DNA of 11,094 bases from Candidatus Fermentibacteraceae bacterium (GTDB taxonomy: Bacteria > Fermentibacterota > Fermentibacteria > Fermentibacterales > JCC-6). The position numbers and the translations under genes were made by a program. The notes beneath the pieces were generated by a model. It was given only the letters and a program-made list of their open reading frames with translations. It ran no database searches and was not told the DNA's origin. The stretch spans positions 4,930 to 16,023 of the forward strand of contig JAWLEP010000053.1 in assembly GCA_041686025.1 (NCBI GenBank). The letters are read 5' to 3'. This document shows positions 1-6,533 of this stretch, piece by piece (position 1 is the stretch's first letter; the number at the start of each line of letters is the position of its first letter).

Positions 1-466
1 CGTCCAGGCGGCGGGCCAGCACCGTCCCCAGCAGCATCTGGCCCTCGGACTCCAGCATGCTTCCCTCTACCAGCTGTCCGTCCAGGGCCAGGTACTCCGT
101 CTCCGCGGCGGGGGAGACGCCCCGAATGGAGGCCCCGGCGCTGGCGGTCCCGGCGGAGAGGAGGCCGGAGGCGTATATGCGGGGAGCCCAGCCCCGCACC
201 CCGTCGGTCTCCCGCAGTGCCAGGCCCACGGCGGTGGTATCGTCTATGGTCTTGTAGAGGGAGGGGTCGTCCAGATAGCCGGGGGCGTGGACCTGGATCT
301 GGCCGGTGTGGCTGCCGGTGAACATCTCGATGACGTCGTTGTAGGAGCCGTCGGCCCAGCCGATGCCGATGGACGAGAGGGTGAACCCCCCGAACATGGT
401 GAGGACGGTGAGTACCGTCCGCCGCTTCTGGCGGAGGACGTTGCGGAAGGCCAGCTTCGAAATCAA
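1..466 (-). CDS. ABC transporter permease, FtsX/MacB/LolC-E family (5' part only; continues beyond left edge)
   Basis: Not in the ORF track because there is no stop in the window. Hand translation from TTG at 466: MISKLAFRNVLRQKRRTVLTVLTMFGGFTLSSIGIGWADGSYNDVIEMFTGSHTGQIQVHAPGYLDDPSLYKTI...WAPRIYASGLLS...IRGVSPAAE. 'LAFRNxxRxKRRTxLT' followed by a TM helix and a periplasmic domain is typical of the family. GGAG SD 6 nt upstream; starts 3 nt after the stop of the LolA-like gene. Confidence 0.9.
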   Translation of the reverse strand, partial: MISKLAFRNVLRQKRRTVLTVLTMFGGFTLSSIGIGWADGSYNDVIEMFTGSHTGQIQVHAPGYLDDPSLYKTIDDTTAVGLALRETDGVRGWAPRIYASGLLSAGTASAGASIRGVSPAAETEYLALDGQLVEGSMLESEGQMLLGTVLARRLD

Positions 467-469
467 GGC

Positions 470-1216
470 CTACTCCATGCCCGACCGGAGGCTGCGGAGG
501 GTGAAGAGGCCCTCCTCGTGATCAATGCCGAACTCAGCCTCCAGGTACCTTACGGTGGTGCTGCCCTCCTCGTCTGTGGGCTCGATGGTCATCTCCGCCG
601 GCATGGTCCGGCCGCCCAGCTGTCGAATGTCGCCGAACCTCATGATCCTCTGCTGGGTGCCGTCCTCGTCGTAGTACCGTATCCAGACCGGCAGGAGGTC
701 TTCGGCCCGGACGGCCATCACCAGCCGGCCCCAGACCACCGGGGCGTCCTCGTGGGGCGTCATCTCCAGGTACAGCCGTCCCTCCCGGGGGTCGTCCCAC
801 TCGGTGTAGGAGAAGTCGTAGTCCTCCCGGTAGGAGGTCTCCCGCACCAGGTCGTCGTTGGTGAAGTGCGACCCCATCCAGGAGCCCATCATCATAGACG
901 GCGGGATGCGCATGACGCTGTTGGTGCCGGGGAGGTAGTTCCACATGTCGTCGCCCACCCGGAGGGTGGCCGTCCCCCGCTCCCGGGCGGGCTCGGTGAT
1001 CCGGATCAGCGTCTTCTCCATCCCCTCGGTCCAGGCTTCCATGGAGAGGGTGCGCTCCCAGTGCTCGGTGACGATCTCCATCTCCATCACCGAGTGGCTG
1101 GACTCGCTGCGGTAGAGGGTGTCGAGGGTGTTCACCACCTCTTCGGCCGGCGGGCCGTCCCCGCCCCCGGTCTGCAGCAGCGTTGCGGCGGTCAGAAGCA
1201 CTATTGCGGCGTTCAT
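470..1216 (-). CDS. Outer membrane lipoprotein-sorting protein (LolA-like family), exported, 248 aa
   Basis: Start re-assigned to ATG at 1216 (MNAAIVLLTAATLL, signal-peptide-like), which overlaps the TetR stop as ATGA. Family-typical motifs: 'KTLIRITEPARERGTATLR', 'MWNYLP', 'RIPPSMMMGSWMGSHFTNDDL', 'FTLRSL'. Directly upstream of a FtsX-type permease, as is usual for this family. Confidence 0.88.
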   Translation of the reverse strand: MNAAIVLLTAATLLQTGGGDGPPAEEVVNTLDTLYRSESSHSVMEMEIVTEHWERTLSMEAWTEGMEKTLIRITEPARERGTATLRVGDDMWNYLPGTNSVMRIPPSMMMGSWMGSHFTNDDLVRETSYREDYDFSYTEWDDPREGRLYLEMTPHEDAPVVWGRLVMAVRAEDLLPVWIRYYDEDGTQQRIMRFGDIRQLGGRTMPAEMTIEPTDEEGSTTVRYLEAEFGIDHEEGLFTLRSLRSGME

Positions 1217-1818
1217 TCCTCTGCCCCTCTCAGCAGCGCCGTGACCGCGGTGTCCACCTCGGCAAGCAGCCACGGAAGCTCCAGCTGGTCGTCGAACATG
1301 TAGAACATCAGAAGGCCCATGGCGGCCGAGTATACCAGCATTGCCAGCTCGGCCGGAGGGAGATCGCTACTCAGCCGCTGGCGATTCCGGATATCCTCCA
1401 GACGGCGCTGGATCTCCTCCACCACCATCATGTCCGCCTTCATCATCTCCCGGCCCAGATCGCCTCCGGCCGACTGAAGAGCAGCACCCACCACCTCCCG
1501 GAGCACGGGCTTTCCGAAGCGGTCCATCATGCGCAGCACCTCCCCCAGAACCGGAAGAACGCACTCTGCGGGGGTGCGTCCTCCGACGGAGATCTCCTCG
1601 GACCGCTGCAGCGCCTCCATCATCTCCTGCCGGGTCACGGAGGCCACCAGGGCGCCCTTGGAGGGGAAGTAGTTGTAGAGCGTTCCCACGCCCACTTCGG
1701 CGGTCTCGGCGATGTCGGAGACAGTAGTTGCGTCCCAGCCGTTCCGGGTCAGGCATTCCAGGGCGGCGGCCTCTATGGCCTTCCGCGTGCGGGTCTTCTT
1801 TCGCTCCCTAAGGCCCAG
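1213..1818 (-). CDS. TetR/AcrR family transcriptional regulator (start likely CTG at 1818; the ORF-track start is ATG at 1857)
   Basis: N-terminal TetR HTH: GLRERKKTRTRKAIEAAALECLTRNGWDATTVSDIAETAEVGVGTLYNYFPSKGAL. Perfect GGAGG SD at 1829-1825 lies 6 nt before an in-frame CTG. The family call is secure; the start position is inferred. Confidence 0.93.
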   Translation of the reverse strand: MGLRERKKTRTRKAIEAAALECLTRNGWDATTVSDIAETAEVGVGTLYNYFPSKGALVASVTRQEMMEALQRSEEISVGGRTPAECVLPVLGEVLRMMDRFGKPVLREVVGAALQSAGGDLGREMMKADMMVVEEIQRRLEDIRNRQRLSSDLPPAELAMLVYSAAMGLLMFYMFDDQLELPWLLAEVDTAVTALLRGAEE

Positions 1819-1843
1819 GCTGGTCCTCCGTTCCGGTTCTCGA

Positions 1844-1873
1844 ATGAATACACTCATATATGAACGTATTCAT
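1844..1873. promoter_or_regulatory. Putative TetR operator: 30-bp palindrome made of two tandem ATGA-N6-TCAT sites
   Basis: ATGAATACACTCATATATGAACGTATTCAT: outer arms ATGAATAC/GTATTCAT and core TCATATATGA pair perfectly (13 of 15 pairs overall). Immediately upstream of tetR and overlapping its promoter. Confidence 0.8.
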
Positions 1874-1883
1874 ATTTTGTCAA
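1855..1883 (-). promoter_or_regulatory. Sigma70-type promoter of the tetR-lolA-like-permease operon
   Basis: Perfect -35 TTGACA (1883-1878), 17-nt spacer, TATATG (1860-1855; 4/6 match to TATAAT). Lies in an AT-rich island (35% GC over 1841-1940 by hand count). Confidence 0.7.
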
Positions 1884-1956
1884 TGCAACCCTACGTTACT
1901 AGCAGATATAAATGTCATACGGTCAAGGAACTTGATGAACTTAATCTCCGTCCCCG

Positions 1957-2496
1957 TTAGGGGGCGGGGCCGGAGAGCTGCCTCTCCTGCCTGCGGGCGG
2001 CGATTGCGTAGAGGGAGGCCAGGGGGAAGGCCAGGCCCAGCAGGAGCAGCGGGGTGGAGAAGGCCTGCCGGAGAAGCTCCCCGACCAGCTTGGCGTCCAG
2101 CTGACCCGAGGCAGTGCCGATCTGCTGCGGGACGGCGACGTCCACCAGGCCCAGGGACTGGGCGGTGCCGCCCACCGCGGCACCCAGGGATACGGCTCCG
2201 CCGCCCACCGCCAGCTGCACCGCCAGGGCCATGCCGCCCATGGCCACGATGCCTATGGATAGCCCACCCAGGGACAGCCCGCCCACCGCCAGGCCCCCCA
2301 CCGCCAGGAAGCCCAGGCTGGCTCCACCCAGCGTGATGCCTCCGACGGCCAGGCCGCCGGCGGCGAACACCACGCCGAAGGCCACGTCTCCGATGGCGAT
2401 CCAGCCGCGGGCCACACCCGTCTTACCGCCCTCGCCGGTGACCATGTGGATCAGGGGTATCCCGCCGATCTCGATTTCGCTGCGGTACTCGGGCAA
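1957..2496 (-). CDS. Hypothetical membrane protein with Gly-rich pentapeptide repeats, 179 aa
   Basis: TTG start 4 nt after GGAGGGAG (2508-2501). N-terminal EYRS..IGGIPLIH...ARGWIAIGDVAFG, then nine xxGG/xx-type pentads, then a C-terminal TM helix (PLLLLGLAFPLASLYAIA) with a basic tail. Confidence 0.85.
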   Translation of the reverse strand: MPEYRSEIEIGGIPLIHMVTGEGGKTGVARGWIAIGDVAFGVVFAAGGLAVGGITLGGASLGFLAVGGLAVGGLSLGGLSIGIVAMGGMALAVQLAVGGGAVSLGAAVGGTAQSLGLVDVAVPQQIGTASGQLDAKLVGELLRQAFSTPLLLLGLAFPLASLYAIAARRQERQLSGPAP

Positions 2497-2526
2497 GGTG
2501 CTCCCTCCGAAGGTGGAACCATCTCC

Positions 2527-2549
2527 GCGCCGGTAGTATATATCGGCGC
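2527..2549. promoter_or_regulatory. Inverted repeat containing -10-like hexamers in the divergent intergenic region
   Basis: GCGCCGGTA-GTATA-TATCGGCGC (8/9 arm match). Contains TATACT on the minus strand (2540-2535) and TAGTAT on the plus strand (2534-2539). No convincing -35. Confidence 0.4.
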
Positions 2550-2621
2550 CGGGCAGAACGCACCGCGCAGCAGGAGCAGACCCCGAAGAACGGACCGGAA
2601 TGGTATTGGAGAGCAGAGATC

Positions 2622-4718
2622 ATGATAGGAGCATTCGGAGCAGCCATGGGTACCGTACTTAGCCTCCAGGCCGCAGAGCTTCGGCCCCCCGCCCCTCCCA
2701 GAGAGCCCCACGAGCTTTCCGCCCATGGAGAGGTGCGGTCCGACCCCTACTACTGGATGCGCCGCCGCGACGACCCCCGGGTGCGGGAGCACCTGGAGGC
2801 CGAGAACTCCTACACCGAGTCGGTGCTGGAACCCCTGGCCGGGCTGCGCGAGGAGCTGTACAGGGAGATGGTGGCCCGAATACCCCAGGAGGACGAGTCG
2901 GTGCCCTACCTCTCGGGCGGCTACCTCTACTACCACCGGTACGCCGCGGGACAGGAGCACCCCATCTACTGCCGCCGGGAGGCCCGTCCCGGCGCCCCCG
3001 AGGAGGTGATACTGGACGTCAACGCCCTGGCGGAGCCGGGAGACTACATAGTGGTGGAGGGGATGGACGTGAGCCTGGACGGCCGCTGGCTGGCCTACGC
3101 CGTGGACACCGCCGGCAACCACCGCAACACCATCCGGGTGAAGGACCTGCAGACGGAGCAGACCCTTCCGTTGCGGATCTCCGAGACCTCCGGAGAGGTG
3201 GTCTGGTCCTCCTGCGGCCGATGGCTGCTGTACGGCCGGCTGGACGAGACCGGAAGGACCGAGGCCGTCATGGCCCACCGAATGGGCACCGAGCCGGAGC
3301 AGGACCGGACCGTCTTCGCGGAGGATGACCCCACGTTCTGGCCGTGGGTGTGGCGGTCGAAGGACGACCGGCACATACTGATCGCCTCCTCCAGCACCCT
3401 CACCTCCTGGGCCATGCTGCTGCCGGCGGACGACCCCCTGGCCGAGCCCGTGGTGGTGCAGGCCCCCGAGCAGGGGCACGAGTACTGGGTGAGCGCAGCC
3501 GGCGACAGCCTCTACATCCTCACCAACCACGACGCCCCGAACTACCGCCTGGTCCGCGCCCCGGTGGACTCCCCCGGAATGGAGAGCTGGCAGGAGCTGG
3601 TGCCCCACAGGGAGGACGTTTTCCTGGAGGACCTGGACATCTTCTCCCGCTGGCTGGTGCTCACCGAGAGGACGGGAGGACTCACCAGGCTGAGGGTGAT
3701 CTCCCGCGGAGGCGGCGGGCAGCACCTGGTGGACACCGGCGGCGAGCCCTGTCTGGTGTACACCTCCTCCAACCACGAGATGGACACCGACACCCTGAGG
3801 TTCCTCTACACCTCCATGACCACTCCCTGGACCACCTACGACTACGACATGGCGGGGCGTACTCCGCTCCTCCTCAAGCGGGAGAAGGTGGGTGGAAGCT
3901 TCAGCCCGGAGAACTACGAGTCTCTGAGGCTTACGGCCGTCTCGGAGGACGGCACGGAGGTCCCCGTCTCGCTGGTCTACCGGCCGGACTCCCTGGCCCG
4001 CGGAAGCAACCCCCTGCTGGTCTACGGCTACGGGGCCTACGGGGAGAGCCTCGACCCCACCTTCAGCTCCTCGAGGCTGAGCCTGCTGGACCGGGGCTTC
4101 GTCTACGCCATGGCCCACGTCCGCGGCGGCCAGGAGATGGGCAGGAGCTGGTACGAGGACGGCCGCGTTCTCAACAAGAGGAACAGCTTCACCGACTTCA
4201 TCGCCTGCACCGAGCACCTGCTGGCCGAGGGCTGGGGCGACCCGGCCCGGGTATTCGCAATGGGCGAGAGCGCCGGCGGCCTCCTGGTGGGGGCGGTGAC
4301 CAACGGCAGGCCCGGCCTCTACGCCGGCGTGGTGGCCGGTGTCCCCTTCGTGGACGTGGTCACCACCATGGGCGACCCCACCATCCCCCTGACCACCTCG
4401 GAGTACGACGAGTGGGGCGACCCGTCCGACCCCGAGGAGTACCGCTGCATGCTCTCCTACTCCCCCTACGACAACGTCCGGGAGGCCGAGTACCCGGCCA
4501 TGCTGGTCACCGCGGGCTTCAACGACTCCCAGGTGGGATACTGGGAGCCGGCCAAGTGGGTGGCCAGGCTTCGGGACCGGATGACTGGAGGGGGGCCGGT
4601 GATGCTGTACACGGAGATGGGGTACGGCCACGGCGGCGCCTCCGGCCGCTTCGAGTGGCTTAGGCTTAGAGCCATGGAGTACGCCTTCCTGCTGGGGGTG
4701 GCGCAGGGGCTGCTCTAG
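2622..4718 (+). CDS. ptrB: Oligopeptidase B (protease II), S9A prolyl oligopeptidase family, 698 aa
   Basis: HGEVRSDPYYW N-terminus, beta-propeller region, YGYGAYG, RLSLLDRGFVYAMAHVRGGQEMGRSWYEDG, nucleophile GESAGG (Ser550), VPFVDVVTTM, PLTTSEYDEWG, catalytic Asp in NDSQV and His in GHGG. Collinear with E. coli PtrB as I recall it. The start could alternatively be the second Met. Confidence 0.95.
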   Translation: MIGAFGAAMGTVLSLQAAELRPPAPPREPHELSAHGEVRSDPYYWMRRRDDPRVREHLEAENSYTESVLEPLAGLREELYREMVARIPQEDESVPYLSGGYLYYHRYAAGQEHPIYCRREARPGAPEEVILDVNALAEPGDYIVVEGMDVSLDGRWLAYAVDTAGNHRNTIRVKDLQTEQTLPLRISETSGEVVWSSCGRWLLYGRLDETGRTEAVMAHRMGTEPEQDRTVFAEDDPTFWPWVWRSKDDRHILIASSSTLTSWAMLLPADDPLAEPVVVQAPEQGHEYWVSAAGDSLYILTNHDAPNYRLVRAPVDSPGMESWQELVPHREDVFLEDLDIFSRWLVLTERTGGLTRLRVISRGGGGQHLVDTGGEPCLVYTSSNHEMDTDTLRFLYTSMTTPWTTYDYDMAGRTPLLLKREKVGGSFSPENYESLRLTAVSEDGTEVPVSLVYRPDSLARGSNPLLVYGYGAYGESLDPTFSSSRLSLLDRGFVYAMAHVRGGQEMGRSWYEDGRVLNKRNSFTDFIACTEHLLAEGWGDPARVFAMGESAGGLLVGAVTNGRPGLYAGVVAGVPFVDVVTTMGDPTIPLTTSEYDEWGDPSDPEEYRCMLSYSPYDNVREAEYPAMLVTAGFNDSQVGYWEPAKWVARLRDRMTGGGPVMLYTEMGYGHGGASGRFEWLRLRAMEYAFLLGVAQGLL

Positions 4719-4936
4719 CACCCGCATCTGTGGAAGGGGTCCCGTCCCGGCCGCACCGAGACATCGTGCGTCACGGTATCCGTGGGCATGGGGGCGGCCT
4801 CTTACCGGGAGCTTTTCCCCGGAGGCGCGAGTGCGTAGGTTCTGACCCTGGCAGCGACCATCGTGTCTCCATCGGGATCTGGACAGCATGCATACTGGCT
4901 CCGCAGGGGTCTGTGAGTCGACGTCCGAGGTGAATC

Positions 4937-6457
4937 GTGCGCTATAGCCCTACCGCCGCCGCAGGAGCAGGCCCCCGTCGGCTGGATGCGGCTGTGGCCG
5001 CGGGCCTGGCCGCTTTCGTCTTCCTGCTGTGTGCGCTGAGCGGGCCGGTCAGCATCGACGCCACCGACGGCGCGGAGATGGCCGTGTCCGCCCACCGGCT
5101 GGAGATACCCCATTCCCCCGGATACCCGCTGCTCATGTGCCTGCTGAGGCTGGGTGGATTCAGGGACTACAACCACCTCAGGCTGCTGGGCTGCGTGCTT
5201 TCGGGCCTGGCTGCCGCCGCCGCATACGCCGCGATTAGGAGCTTCGGGCCGGGCCCGCCCGCCTCGGCCGGAGCCTGTCTGATGGTGGTAAGCTCCGGAG
5301 CCGTGCTGGGGCAGCTGCACCTGCTGGAGGTCCACGGCCTGGCGCTGCTTCTCGCCTCCTCGGCGGTTGCGCTGAGGCGGACGCGGCTGGGACCCTACGC
5401 CATGGGCATGTCTGTCTTCGGCGGGCACCCGCTGTCGGTGGTTCTGCTGCCCATGGTGACGGGCCGGAGATGGCTCAGGTGGTGGCCCCTGCTGGCGATT
5501 CCGGCCACCCTCTGGGTCTACGTCCCGATCAGGTCGCAGACGGCGGCCGTGATGCACTACGGCTCCCCCGGCAGCCTGGAGAGCTTCCTGGAGTACCTGA
5601 CCATGTACGGCGGCAGGCTGTCCTCCGCCTCCGCCGATGGCGTGTGGAGCATGCTGGCCGCCATGGGGGCCGGCTCCGCCCTGGCCCTTCTGGCGGCCAT
5701 CGCCCTGGGCCGCGCCGGCCCGAGAATCCTGGTCTCCGTGCTGGGGGGACTGGCCGTCCTGCTCTTCTACGGGGTCCCCGACGTCCACGCCTACTCCTGG
5801 CTGCTCCTGCTGCCGCTGGGGGCGATGGCGGCCCGGGGGCTGCAGTGGCTGCTTTCCACCGGGAGCCTGCCCTGGCGGGCCCTGGCGGCGCTCCTGGTGG
5901 CGGTTTCCGTGGTCTCCGGCACCCATGCGGCATGGGACAGGTCCGGCGGAACCATGCGGGTAATAGCGTCCGATCTCATCCGCGGAGCGCCCGCGGGACG
6001 GGTCCTGTGCACCTCCGACGGGCCCACCTACTTCTGCGCCTACATGCTGGAGGCCGAGGACCGCCGACCGGACCTCATCCCCGTGGAGAGGTTCGGCATC
6101 GCGTTCCGGTTCAGGCCCTTCCGGGAGCCGCTGCGGAGGGTGCCGCCGGAACTGGCGGGCCGGCAGGTCTACGCCACGGGCGCATGGGGCAGCCTACCCC
6201 CCTCGGGCCTGCTCTTCAGCGCCGGGGGGGTGCGCCTGGAATGGGAGGAGTACGACGTCTTCACCATCGAAGGGCCCCCGGAGGAGGAGATGGCCCGGGA
6301 CATGCTGGCGGAGATCTGGTCCATGAGGGCGCTGCAGGAGGAGAGCGGAGCGGCCGCAGCCGCGGCCCTCTCCAGGGCCCGGGAGATGGCCTCTTCCCCC
6401 GCCGCGGTGCAGGCCGTGGAGAGGCTGATGGAGGGCATGGCGGCCGGGGACGGCTAG
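4937..6457 (+). CDS. DUF2723-domain polytopic membrane protein (TMEM260-like, putative GT-C glycosyltransferase), 506 aa
   Basis: GTG start after GAGGTG SD. After TM1 comes DATDGAEMAVSAHRLEIPHSPGYPL (5057-5131), matching the DUF2723 DxGE...L.I.HPPGYPL signature. Also 'EVHGL', 'YVPIRS', 'YGSP.SLESF', many hydrophobic segments and a soluble C-terminal domain (…RRPDL…). Confidence 0.82.
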   Translation: MRYSPTAAAGAGPRRLDAAVAAGLAAFVFLLCALSGPVSIDATDGAEMAVSAHRLEIPHSPGYPLLMCLLRLGGFRDYNHLRLLGCVLSGLAAAAAYAAIRSFGPGPPASAGACLMVVSSGAVLGQLHLLEVHGLALLLASSAVALRRTRLGPYAMGMSVFGGHPLSVVLLPMVTGRRWLRWWPLLAIPATLWVYVPIRSQTAAVMHYGSPGSLESFLEYLTMYGGRLSSASADGVWSMLAAMGAGSALALLAAIALGRAGPRILVSVLGGLAVLLFYGVPDVHAYSWLLLLPLGAMAARGLQWLLSTGSLPWRALAALLVAVSVVSGTHAAWDRSGGTMRVIASDLIRGAPAGRVLCTSDGPTYFCAYMLEAEDRRPDLIPVERFGIAFRFRPFREPLRRVPPELAGRQVYATGAWGSLPPSGLLFSAGGVRLEWEEYDVFTIEGPPEEEMARDMLAEIWSMRALQEESGAAAAAALSRAREMASSPAAVQAVERLMEGMAAGDG

Positions 6458-6504
6458 GAGGACGGGGTCCTGCGACGGCCGCTTCCCTTCCGGCCGCTGC
6501 CGGT

Positions 6505-6533
6505 TTGACACATCCGTTCCGGTTCGGGAGATT
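6505..6533 (+). promoter_or_regulatory. Putative sigma70 promoter for pfpI-rsmC
   Basis: Perfect TTGACA (6505-6510), 17-nt spacer, GAGATT (6528-6533; keeps the conserved A2 and T6), ~80 nt upstream of the pfpI ATG. Confidence 0.5.

Noticed and set aside
1927..1952. ECF-sigma-like promoter GGAAC-N17-CGTC on the plus strand
   Set aside because: It would only drive antisense transcription into the 3' end of the Gly-rich gene. The short motif is likely chance.
2167..2364. 15-bp-period nucleotide repeats resembling a tandem array or CRISPR
   Set aside because: Fully explained by the pentapeptide repeat of the encoded protein; no repeat-spacer structure and no cas genes.
2451..4889. 812-aa antisense ORF, and similar long ones (287..1303, 3344..4663, 4802..5926, 8238..9704, 8252..9451, 9602..10852)
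   Set aside because: Shadow frames expected from high GC3 codon bias. They overlap well-supported genes and show no recognisable motifs.
4730..4933. 67-aa small ORF in the ptrB-DUF2723 spacer (possible precursor or leader peptide)
   Set aside because: GTG start with no SD, composition typical of random GC-rich sequence, no leader motif. Cannot be strictly excluded without Ribo-seq.
4719..4936. Known riboswitch, SRP RNA or tRNA in the spacer
   Set aside because: I found no SRP domain IV motif, tRNA T-loop or recognisable c-di-GMP, SAM, TPP or cobalamin consensus by eye. An Rfam scan is still needed.
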